64,000 nucleotides of DNA from Candidatus Bathyarchaeota archaeon (GTDB lineage Archaea > Thermoproteota > Bathyarchaeia > Bathyarchaeales > Bathycorpusculaceae): positions 87,145-151,144 of the forward strand of contig CAVYXL010000015.1 of assembly GCA_963772505.1 (NCBI GenBank). Direction: 5' to 3'. The notes beneath the pieces are model-generated. The model searched no databases, had not been told where the DNA came from, and worked only from the letters and a program-made list of their open reading frames with translations. Of the stretch, positions 10,993 through 19,592 are shown piece after piece (position 1 is the first letter of the stretch; each line of letters begins with the position of its first letter). Position numbers and translations under genes: made by a program.

Positions 10993-11166
10993 ATCAATCT
11001 CTACGTCAATAACTAGAGACTAGCTCACCGCAGCTTAGACAATCGCCGCGCGCATTTAAGAGGGCAAACCTAACGCGTTTTTACTTAGAGGAAGCCATTA
11101 AATGATCTATTTTTTTTGAAATGACGCTTAAGCAACCTCTTTGCGAAGAGAAGACCGCAATGATTT

Positions 11167-11298
11167 TTATCCTTCTTTTTCCGTTAGATACTTCCTTACC
11201 TCTGAGCCTCCCTCTGAATCAATTGCAACCCTAAAAAAATCATCGCGCCTATCGAGAATGTTGTCCTCTGTAAATTTAGCCAGGAGTAGTCTCACCAC
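11167..11298 (-). CDS. Possible 43-aa small protein
   Basis: GTG start 7 nt after the upstream stop; VRLLLAKFTEDNILDRRDDFFRVAIDSEGGSEVRKYLTEKEG. Confidence 0.35.
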   Translation of the reverse strand: MVRLLLAKFTEDNILDRRDDFFRVAIDSEGGSEVRKYLTEKEG

Positions 11299-11305
11299 TT
11301 TTCTG

Positions 11306-11560
11306 TTAGGGCAGATTGCTTAACTTGTATTCGAGTTCCCGAATTTTCTTTTGCTGACCCACAAGAATGCACATAGCCATAGGTTCAAAAAGTACTGGAT
11401 TGCATGCGCAACCTCCCGCAGAAGCCAAATTTCTACACATATCCATTAATTGGTCAAATGCTTGTTTTTCCTGATCGGTCGCTAAAGTATTTCTAAAGCC
11501 CTTCCAGCGACTAATCTCATCTTCTATAGCTATTCGATAAGATGGAACAGTCTTACCCAT
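11306..11560 (-). CDS. Small helical protein resembling the PolB2-operon accessory family (arCOG07300-like)
   Basis: MGKTVPSYRIAIEDEISRWKGFR...AFDQLM; family recalled from memory, not searched. Confidence 0.65.
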   Translation of the reverse strand: MGKTVPSYRIAIEDEISRWKGFRNTLATDQEKQAFDQLMDMCRNLASAGGCACNPVLFEPMAMCILVGQQKKIRELEYKLSNLP

Positions 11561-11697
11561 AACTTGCTAAGCCTCCAAAGAACCTATCTGAATTCTGTTT
11601 CATAGGACATCACACGGGGCATTGCATTAGTAAAATCGCTTTTAAAATAAATGGACAAACGACTTTATGGAGCAGTAGAGGGTTGAGTGAAAATGAA
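11546..11697. repeat. ~152-bp direct repeat, copy 1
   Basis: About 83% identical by hand alignment to 14082-14234. Confidence 0.92.
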
Positions 11698-11743
11698 AAG
11701 AAAACGCTCTAATTTTTAGAGCTTACTGCCTTAAAAATAGCTG

Positions 11744-12742
11744 TTATTTGACTATGTTTTGCGGTTTCTCTTGAGCGAAAGCCTTAATGTTTTCAATAGT
11801 GCCATTAACAAGTCTCTCTAATGATTCCTTGCTGTTAAAGGCACAGTGAGGCGTTATTATGACGTTGTTAAGTCTCAAAAGAATATGTTCCCTGAGCATC
11901 GTTGCCAATTGTTCTCTAGGGACATTGTCTAAAAGCAACTGAGCCTCCTCTCGAATAAGCGCTTCCTCCTCTAAAACATCCAAGCCTGCACCTCTAAGGT
12001 GACCATTAATAAGAGCTTCCGTAAGCGCTTGAGAATCGATTAGACTGCCCCTGGCAGTGTTAATTACAACTGCGCCTTTTTTCATGAGTTTGATTGTATC
12101 ATTGTTCAAGAAATGGTGAGTTTCATCATTGAGCGGCAAATGAAGAGTAACTATGTCTGATTTTGCCAATAAATCTGACCAATCCACGTATTGGAACCCT
12201 AAAGCATCAGCTAAAATGATGTTTGGAAATTTGTCATAAGCAAGAACATTCATTTTAAAGCCTTTAGCTATCTCAATTACTTTAGTGCCAATTCTACCTG
12301 TTCCAAGAACGCCAAGAACTTTGCTGTTTAAATCAAAGCCTCCCACACCCTCACAGGTAAAATCGCCCCTACGAGTCCTCTCGTAGGAATCATGAATGTT
12401 ACGTGATAACGAAAGAATCAGAGCAAAAGTATGTTCAGCAACAGTAATCTCACCATAGTTAGGAACATTGCAAACTAAAATGCCCCTTCGCTTGCAAGCA
12501 TCAAGGTCAATATGGTCAAAACCCGTTGAACGCGTAGCGATTAAATGTGCTTTTTCAAGTTTACCTATAATTTTGCTATTTACGTCAGAGTAAATAAAAA
12601 CTGAAATAACCTCAAAATCAACAATTTGGTCAACATTTGCATCACTTAAAGGTTCCTTGAACACACGAATATCATAATTAGCTAACCCATTATGCAAAAG
12701 GGGCTCCTCCCAATCTTGAACTTCAAAAAAAGCAATCCTCAA
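11744..12742 (-). CDS. D-isomer-specific 2-hydroxyacid dehydrogenase (D-lactate dehydrogenase-like)
   Basis: RSTGFDHID, VAEH, GVLGTGRIG, INTARG, GLDV, TPHCAF; TTG start at 12742 after AGGTG. Confidence 0.92.
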   Translation of the reverse strand: MRIAFFEVQDWEEPLLHNGLANYDIRVFKEPLSDANVDQIVDFEVISVFIYSDVNSKIIGKLEKAHLIATRSTGFDHIDLDACKRRGILVCNVPNYGEITVAEHTFALILSLSRNIHDSYERTRRGDFTCEGVGGFDLNSKVLGVLGTGRIGTKVIEIAKGFKMNVLAYDKFPNIILADALGFQYVDWSDLLAKSDIVTLHLPLNDETHHFLNNDTIKLMKKGAVVINTARGSLIDSQALTEALINGHLRGAGLDVLEEEALIREEAQLLLDNVPREQLATMLREHILLRLNNVIITPHCAFNSKESLERLVNGTIENIKAFAQEKPQNIVK

Positions 12743-12930
12743 AAAAGACACCTGAATAAAAATAGGTAGCGAGTCAGTTAAATGATTTGCAAAATTAATG
12801 TTTTTCAATCAACCGTTAAATTGATCCAAATGGTATTGCACTTTAAAAAATCAAGACACCGATAAACTGTAATTACTCTTTTATGTGATGGAGCCTTAAA
12901 AAATCCGCAGGTTCAACGGAAGAGAGAGAA

Positions 12931-13011
12931 GTAAGGTTAACTTAAGGCAAGCAAAAAAATTCGGAAGAGAGAGAGGGGGAATCAGTTCGCCTGCTTTTAA
13001 GTTAACCTTAC
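12931..13011 (-). ncRNA. Putative hairpin sRNA, copy A
   Basis: 15-bp perfect outer stem, pyrimidine-only loop, upstream TATA, homologue at 62415-62490 with compensatory changes. Confidence 0.7.
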
Positions 13012-13083
13012 CTTTTATACCACATTACTGCACCTTGAATGATAAATAATGATGTGACAACATCAGGCTACAACAAGCAGGTT

Positions 13084-13383
13084 TTATTTGGAAGGAAAAT
13101 GCTCTAACAGACTGCTTTCTTGATGAGGTCGGTAAATTACGAAAGTTTGTAGGTCAGAGATTTTAATGGTGAGATGATATTTCACCAATATGTCCTGCAT
13201 GCAGTTTCTTGTTTCTTCATCAAGAGTCGTCTTAATTACAACTTGATAGCCACCGCTCAATGCTGAAGAAGCGTTAGGCGGCAATATTTCCAAATAGTGC
13301 CCGTCGAGGGTGGAGCATTTTTCAAATAATTCTTTTAAAACAAGTATTGCTTCTTCGCGTTTCAAAAAAACACCAATAGACAT
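13084..13383 (-). CDS. Hypothetical protein
   Basis: 99-aa ORF with TTTATA about 25 nt upstream of the ATG (leaderless-type). Confidence 0.7.
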   Translation of the reverse strand: MSIGVFLKREEAILVLKELFEKCSTLDGHYLEILPPNASSALSGGYQVVIKTTLDEETRNCMQDILVKYHLTIKISDLQTFVIYRPHQESSLLEHFPSK

Positions 13384-13469
13384 TTTCTTAAAAGCACTTT
13401 TGTAAATATAAAATCTTATGAGTGCTTAGTTGCTATTACAACGATCTTTGTTTTAGGGCAAAAAGGTTG

Positions 13470-13561
13470 GTTAAGCGGATTTAGCCATGCGCTAACATTG
13501 GTAGGTGGCAAAAATAGTAGTGGTGCGCCTTTTCATATGTTAGCAGCCAGACCCGCTCAAC
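13470..13561 (-). ncRNA. Putative hairpin sRNA C
   Basis: GUUGAGCGGG/UCCGCUUAAC and GCUAACAU/AUGUUAGC stems with G-U pairs on the minus strand, TCACATCATCTTATATC promoter, U5 tract after the stem. Confidence 0.55.
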
Positions 13562-13742
13562 TTCACTGTGCTACTTCTCGGATATGTTACTGGAAGCGCT
13601 TATTTGATATAAGATGATGTGATTGCACGATGAGACTACAACCGCCAGGTTCTAGAACAAATATGTTTTGTGACTTCACTTGTGCAACAACACAGGCTTA
13701 ACTATCTTGTCAAGGAATAAAAGGAACAAGGAGAATTAACGT

Positions 13743-13979
13743 ATGATATCTGCAGTAGTGTTAGTAAATACGGAATTAGGGTCATATCAAGATAAAGTTA
13801 TTGAAAGTCTAAAACTTATTGAAGGCGTGGAAGAGGCGCATGGCTTGTACGGTGTCTACGACTTAATGATAAAAATCAAAGCTCAAACGATTGATAAACT
13901 CAGGGACATAATTAAATTACAGGTAAAACAGGTAGCCGGCGTAACTAGCTCATTAACACTTATGATAATTGACCATTAA
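13743..13979 (+). CDS. Stand-alone Lrp/AsnC ligand-binding (RAM) domain protein
   Basis: AVVLVNTE, GVEEAHGLYGVYDLMIKI, GVTSSLTLMI; no HTH. Confidence 0.92.
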   Translation: MISAVVLVNTELGSYQDKVIESLKLIEGVEEAHGLYGVYDLMIKIKAQTIDKLRDIIKLQVKQVAGVTSSLTLMIIDH

Positions 13980-14081
13980 AAACAAACGAATTCCTTTCTT
14001 TTTTAAATTCTGTATTGATTATTTTTTGATTTTCTCATTAGATGGGTTTTTGACTTATTATTTTTTGCAAATGAAAGATTT

Positions 14082-14234
14082 AACAGTCTTACCCATAACT
14101 TGCTAGGCCTCCAAACAATCTATCTGAATTGTGTTTCATGGCAAATCACTTGGGGCACAAGCATCGCCAAAATTACATTTAAAACGAATGGTCAAACTAC
14201 TTTTTGGAGCAGTGGAAGGTTGAGTGAAAATGAA
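14082..14234. repeat. ~153-bp direct repeat, copy 2 (upstream region plus first five codons of the 11306-11560 gene)
   Basis: Alignment to 11546-11697; ORF MGKTV diverges and stops after 12 codons. Confidence 0.92.
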
Positions 14235-14264
14235 CAGTACTAATCTTGAAATTAGCTTGATTTT

Positions 14265-14533
14265 TTAAGCTGGTTCAAGGGTGATTTCTAAAGCTGCATT
14301 TTCAAGATTTGTTTCATTTTGTTTAAGTAACGCTAATTGCACTTTCGGAATGAGCATTCGTCCATCTTTGTACATTTTGGCTAGAAAGCTTTCTCTAACA
14401 CCCATTGATCCAATAACGGTCACTGTTACTTTTGGGACCTGGGAAGGCTCAAGCTTATACTGCCACCGCATAAGTTTAGGTATCATAACAAGATCATATT
14501 TCTTAAAGAAAACGGTATTTGATTTAACGGCAT
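14265..14533 (-). pseudogene. AbrB/MazE-like tandem-domain protein with disrupted N-terminus
   Basis: Two IPK-type motifs (VMIPKLMRW, DGRMLIPK), ends EITLEPA; the MPL start at 14533 is out of frame with the body. Confidence 0.6.
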
Positions 14534-14570
14534 AAGCATCTCAACCTTTATTCACTTTTTCTCACATATT

Positions 14571-14617
14571 CTTGCGAATTTTTACAAATCCTTGCGAATT
14601 CTTACAAATTCTTACAC
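14571..14617. repeat. 10-bp-period tandem repeat (CTTGCGAATT TTTACAAATC CTTGCGAATT CTTACAAATT CTTACAC)
   Basis: Read directly from the sequence. Confidence 0.8.
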
Positions 14618-15142
14618 TACCTGCAAAGAATTTAAGCTTTAAATCAAAAAAGAAAACCAAAACACAAAGAAAAAAATGCACACAAAAAATAAAACAAAAA
14701 AGGAAATACTTCCAAATTAGTAAGTCCAGAAAATTCTTTTTTTATATTCATTGGTTAAATTTTTCAAGATTGCTTTTCATTTTCGTTTTCATCTTTTGCA
14801 TGTTCTTTGATTGTCATTATTGCGGAAAAAACTGCGAGTTTTCAACAAATCTTTCTCAAATCGATTTTTCCTGCACAAAAGAAGGAGGAAACTACTGTGG
14901 GCTATAATCGTACATACAAACCAGGGCTTACTGAACAAAACATCTTAGAAATGCTATCGAGTTCATTAAAGCAGCAACTTACTATCACTGGCGATATATT
15001 TAGCCGAGAGCCGTTTGTTCCTGTTTTTGTATGGTTGACTTGACAAACTGGTTTATTTTACTTCTCAACAAGATTAATATCATTTAGTCTCCATAGACCC
15101 GATATTGAAGAATCAGCTTGCTGCTAGTTTAGACTTGACAAG

Positions 15143-15466
15143 TTGATTAGGGCTGGGTTGGGTAAAGTGAACTTAAAATTGTATGCAATTAAGAAAGGAA
15201 AACAAAACCTAGATAGCTGCATACAGCTCGTTGTAGTAGATTTAGATAGGGGCAAACGGTATCCAACAAACTTTGTCTGTGTTCTTCCAAGGTACCTGCG
15301 TTTGCTTGAAAAACGCTCCAGCAACTTTGCAAAAATCTTCGGCGGCAAAAGCATTAATGTGGCAAAAGATCTTTTAGTTGAAGCTAAAGATGAAGAAGAA
15401 AATCCTGAAGTCCAAAGGGTCATAAAGAAACGCATTAAAGACATCGAATTAACTCAAGAAGTCTAA
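15143..15466 (+). CDS. Hypothetical protein
   Basis: 107-aa ORF, VVVDLD..YPTNFVCVLP; start uncertain. Confidence 0.7.
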   Translation: MIRAGLGKVNLKLYAIKKGKQNLDSCIQLVVVDLDRGKRYPTNFVCVLPRYLRLLEKRSSNFAKIFGGKSINVAKDLLVEAKDEEENPEVQRVIKKRIKDIELTQEV

Positions 15467-15572
15467 CAATTCGTGGCCGCGAAAATTATTAAGAGAATTA
15501 CAACTTTTGCCTCGTCTGTTTTAAGTTTAAATTCAAGCCAAATAACTCATATTCAAACGGATTCAGACGAGC

Positions 15573-16439
15573 ATGGCTTTGGCTTTAGGAATACTCTTTG
15601 CTATAACTGCAATGTTAAGTTGGGGCACGGCTGATTTCTTCGCAAAAAAAGCTATTGATAAACTTGGATACAAAATTTCTCTGCTTCTAAATCACTTAGT
15701 GGCTTTTGTGCCTCTAATTATTTTAGCAATTTTATTTTTCAAGTTGCCACCTTTAACACTTGAGCTTGTTCTAATTACAGTCTCAGCTGGAGTTTTAGGA
15801 ATAGTCGCCTACATTTTCCTCTATAGAGGATTTCAAAAAGGCAACTTATCGGTAGTTTCTCCGATTTCAGCAAGCTGGTCAGTAATAACAACTCTGTTGG
15901 CAGTTTTGATTTTCAAGGAGACACTTATGCCCCTACAAATAATTGGCATAATCACTGTTTTTATCGGGATATTCTTCGCATCCACGAATTTCGCTGAATT
16001 TAAAAAAAGTATCCGTCAAGGAAGATCAAGCGGAATTTCTGATGCTATAATATCCATGGTTGCCTGGGGAATAACATACACTTTGCTAAAGCCAATGGCT
16101 CTTGCATTTGGACCAATCATTTCACTTTTCTTTCTCAGAATCATCGCACTCACCATTTTGCTTACTTGGACAAAACTAACTCCAACAAAATTTTCCAAAC
16201 CAGCTCGGCTAATATTTTTGTTTATCGCACTTTCAGGACTGCTTGATCTTTTAGGGTTTGCAGCATTCAACATTAGCGTAACAACAGATTTACTATCCTT
16301 AGTGGGTCCTGTCGCAGCAACATATCCAGCTGTAACTATAGTGCTTGCATACTTTTTCTTGAAAGAACGGATAGTTACCAACCAAAAAATAGGGATCATT
16401 GCGATTTTAGCTGGGATTGCATTGGTTGCCTTAACCTAG
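15573..16439 (+). CDS. EamA/DMT family transporter
   Basis: About 10 TM segments, two repeats ending in FKE/LKE. Confidence 0.92.
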   Translation: MALALGILFAITAMLSWGTADFFAKKAIDKLGYKISLLLNHLVAFVPLIILAILFFKLPPLTLELVLITVSAGVLGIVAYIFLYRGFQKGNLSVVSPISASWSVITTLLAVLIFKETLMPLQIIGIITVFIGIFFASTNFAEFKKSIRQGRSSGISDAIISMVAWGITYTLLKPMALAFGPIISLFFLRIIALTILLTWTKLTPTKFSKPARLIFLFIALSGLLDLLGFAAFNISVTTDLLSLVGPVAATYPAVTIVLAYFFLKERIVTNQKIGIIAILAGIALVALT

Positions 16440-16539
16440 ATTTACTTTACTTAAGATGCAAGCCGACCGCTTGTTATTGTTGCTTAACAGTCACGCACGC
16501 TTAATTGTTGCCGATTCAATCATTAATCTGGGGAGCTAA

Positions 16540-16782
16540 ATGGCTGTTAGCGATCGGTTGGGAATTACTTCACATATTATACGTTTTTGTGAAACATCAA
16601 AAAATAAGGACAGAATTATGAAACAAGTAGGTTTGAATGATGTTTTAGCAGAATCCTATTTGACAATCTTAACCAGGCAAAGCATGCTGACCCAAGAAAA
16701 CGGAAAATACCTTGTCACAATTAAAGGACAAAGCTTCCTCTCATCAATTGATAAGATGCGAAAATCAAAGTACAACTATTGA
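16540..16782 (+). CDS. Stand-alone winged-helix DNA-binding protein
   Basis: DRLGI..II, IM..VGLN....YL..L, YLVTIKG wing. Confidence 0.8.
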   Translation: MAVSDRLGITSHIIRFCETSKNKDRIMKQVGLNDVLAESYLTILTRQSMLTQENGKYLVTIKGQSFLSSIDKMRKSKYNY

Positions 16783-16808
16783 GTTCGCCTCTTAACTCGA
16801 AATTGCCT

Positions 16809-18023
16809 TTACTGTTTGGGCTTGGATAAAAGAAGTGAAATTAGGTAATCATTTGTGATTAGACCAAAGCCGCCTTTTTTTGCTGACTCTTCATCAAGCT
16901 TTTTGACGCCATCAGGTTTCAGCGTGGGCGATTTAATTGCGAATGGTACCGGTTCTCTTGTGTGAGTACCGATTTTGACTGGTGTTGGATGATCAGGGGA
17001 TATTGCAATGGCGTATGGTTCAGTTAGGCCGTCAAGGATTCTACCAAGCAACCTCTTATCCAAATTCTCAATTGTCTTCACTTTTAAGGCGTAATCTTTG
17101 CAGTGTCCAGCTTCATCTGGTGCTTCCACGTGAACAAAAACAAAATCATTATCTTTGAGAGCTTTTAATGCTGCATCTGCTTTACCCTCATAATTAGTAT
17201 TATCCATTCCCGTAGCGCCTGAAACATTAATGATTTCCATGCCTGCGTAAGTGCCAATACCCTTCACTAAATCAACCGCGGAAATAACTGCTGATTTCAA
17301 ACCATACTTTTCCTTCAAGGTTGGCATCGAAGGTTTTTTGCCACCTCCCCAAGGCCAAATCAAATTAGCAGGATTTTTTCCAGCCTTAACACGCGCAATG
17401 TTCACCGGATTAGACTTCAAAATGCCACTAGAACGAATAATTAGTTCTCTTAGCAATCGTGTTGTTTTATCAGCTTCTGGCGACTTAGATATTGGTAACA
17501 CATCTGAAAAAAGTTCACCTATTGCGTCATGTGGCGGAGTACAAACGGTAAGTTCGGGTTTTGGAGTGTTTCGTAAAATCAGAAAATGTCTGTAGTCAAG
17601 CCCTGAGTAGAATTCTATTTTGCCTAATTTTCCAAAAGCTTTGTTTATTGCAGCAATTAGTTTGCTTGCTTCTTCAGTTGTTATGTGCCCTGCAGAATAA
17701 TCCACGATAACTTCATTTTTCTCCGTTATCAAATTGCATCTGTATGCGGCATCGTTTGGTCCCAGCTTTATGCCTCTTGATGGTGCTTCAAGTGGTCCTC
17801 TGCCTGTGCAATATATTCTTGGGTCGTAACCCAAAAGTGAACAAATAGCTGTTTCTGAGCCGGGAGTCGACTCGTCGGGAACAGTTTTAATAAGCCCGTT
17901 TCTGCCTTGGGCAGCTATAGCATCCATATTTGGTTTATTTGCAGCTTGAAGCGGCGTCTTGTTTCCCAATTCAGGAATAGGATAATCAGCCATTCCATCT
18001 CCAACAACAAGTATATACTTCAT
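16809..18023 (-). CDS. apgM: Cofactor-independent phosphoglycerate mutase
   Basis: GDGMAD, KTPLQ, PGSE, GRGPLEA, HVEAPDEAGH, PDHPTP. Confidence 0.93.
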   Translation of the reverse strand: MKYILVVGDGMADYPIPELGNKTPLQAANKPNMDAIAAQGRNGLIKTVPDESTPGSETAICSLLGYDPRIYCTGRGPLEAPSRGIKLGPNDAAYRCNLITEKNEVIVDYSAGHITTEEASKLIAAINKAFGKLGKIEFYSGLDYRHFLILRNTPKPELTVCTPPHDAIGELFSDVLPISKSPEADKTTRLLRELIIRSSGILKSNPVNIARVKAGKNPANLIWPWGGGKKPSMPTLKEKYGLKSAVISAVDLVKGIGTYAGMEIINVSGATGMDNTNYEGKADAALKALKDNDFVFVHVEAPDEAGHCKDYALKVKTIENLDKRLLGRILDGLTEPYAIAISPDHPTPVKIGTHTREPVPFAIKSPTLKPDGVKKLDEESAKKGGFGLITNDYLISLLLSKPKQ

Positions 18024-18242
18024 TTCGGTCAATCCAAATCAGCTTTAAATCAACTATCGGCTCAAACCGACGCTTGACTTTTCAACGATTCACAAAGATA
18101 TCGCAAAGCTATATTTATTTACTTACCGTGCTGTTAGCGGCTTCAAACGCATAATGTTTATTTCCTTTTAACGTCTCGGTATATTGACAACTAATCAACG
18201 AATTAGTTGTTTTAAAACCATTTTACTTTAAGGCTGATTACT

Positions 18243-18839
18243 GTGGAAGAAAGCGAGTACGCTCTGCATATTAACATTGACGAAATTGAAGCGGAAATAG
18301 GCAAGGTTCAAGCATTAGATAAGGAACTCGCTGTTAAAGTTGCAACTTTTGTCCTTCGACTAAAAAAGACAACGGCTCGAGTTGAGCCTATTTTGCGAAG
18401 AGAAACTAACACTGAACGGGAACTTTGGGAAGAGTACAAGCAGTTACAAAAAGAAAAGCTCGCTGTTTTAGATTTATCTCACTTGTGGGATTACATCAAT
18501 CAAGGCGTAAAAGAAGTTAATCCTCAACTGGATTTTCTAGTTAAAGATGCAATTGAGGAATTAAATGATCACATCAGCGTGGTTGCAGAATCACATCGGG
18601 CTCACATTGACATTTTAGAAATCTATAACACACGAAAGATCGAGTTTTTAGCCCTAGTAATCACCGTCATCATTTCCTACCTTGCCGTGTGGGAGTTCTT
18701 CGTGCGTGATCTACTAATAAGCATAGTTTTTCCATATGGATTAAGCCCCGTCTTAAACTATTTAACCGTAGCAATTACGCTGATGCCTGTTATTGCAACC
18801 GTCGCATGGGCATGGCTTAAACGAGCAACTTATTTCTAA
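18243..18839 (+). CDS. Hypothetical membrane protein (coiled-coil plus two C-terminal TMs)
   Basis: ORF composition. Confidence 0.7.
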   Translation: MEESEYALHINIDEIEAEIGKVQALDKELAVKVATFVLRLKKTTARVEPILRRETNTERELWEEYKQLQKEKLAVLDLSHLWDYINQGVKEVNPQLDFLVKDAIEELNDHISVVAESHRAHIDILEIYNTRKIEFLALVITVIISYLAVWEFFVRDLLISIVFPYGLSPVLNYLTVAITLMPVIATVAWAWLKRATYF

Positions 18840-19077
18840 AAATCGTAAAAACAAAATTTTCGATACCATATTTCTGCTAATCTGGAGAGTAACCTCGTTG
18901 CCTCCGCCTATGTTGGTTTATCGATTAGATGAAATAGAAATGGAAGGTACCAAGTGTAGTACCGTTTGATAGAAGGTAGCAAGCGGTTGTGACTGCTAAA
19001 CCACACCCACAAATGTATTTATGAGCTCGCCAGCTACAAATGAAGTCAGATAAAATCTTAAAAGGAGACTATTTTAA

Positions 19078-19422
19078 ATGCTTGAAGGATGGGAATGGAT
19101 TATTATCGGTGTTGTTGCCATCGTAATTATAATGTGGGGTCCAGCAAAGATTCCAGAATTTGCAAAATCATTAGGCAGAGCCAAAGGCGAATTTACTAAA
19201 GCTCAGAAAGAATTCACTGACGCAGCCACTAGCAGCCTCAATACACCTACCGCCACCGCTCCTGTTGTTCAATCTAGACCAGCAGTTGCACCAACAATAA
19301 TAACCAAGGATGAACTTTTGCTTGAAACTGCTCAACGGCTTGGAATACCAACCGATGGTAAAACAAGAGAGGAAATATCCAGCGAAATATCAATAAAAGT
19401 TAAACAATTAGGCGCCGCATAA
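19078..19422 (+). CDS. tatA: Twin-arginine translocase TatA
   Basis: EWIII..TM..GPAKIPEFAKSLGRAKGEF. Confidence 0.93.
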   Translation: MLEGWEWIIIGVVAIVIIMWGPAKIPEFAKSLGRAKGEFTKAQKEFTDAATSSLNTPTATAPVVQSRPAVAPTIITKDELLLETAQRLGIPTDGKTREEISSEISIKVKQLGAA

Positions 19423-19592
19423 GAATTCATTTAACCCTATTTTATTTCAAAAAGATAAAACTCTAAATTCAAAGCGAATAGCTTGAGCTTTTCTACTCTC
19501 GCTATCACGCTTCGCGCTAAACATCGCTAACATTACAAAGTATGGGTTACCGGTAAAAATTAGGTTGCCACTTGCTGATGGTTTGAATAAAT

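Noticed and set aside
12883-12920. GTGATGGAG resembling a fluoride riboswitch start
   Set aside because: No complementary TTCNCC strand or 3' pseudoknot motif, and no fluoride exporter downstream.
13492-13536. 14-codon ORF MKRRTTTIFATYQC inside hairpin C
   Set aside because: No SD and very short; base pairing explains the region better.
14571-14617. Possible CRISPR array
   Set aside because: 10-bp units with no spacers; no cas genes or repeat-spacer array seen anywhere in the window.
14572-15043. ORFs 14572-14907 and 14807-15043
   Set aside because: Low-complexity translations of A-rich and T-rich tracts with no recognisable family.
18943-18985. GAAGGTASCAAGYG repeated twice upstream of tatA
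   Set aside because: Only two copies and none seen elsewhere; cannot be separated from chance.
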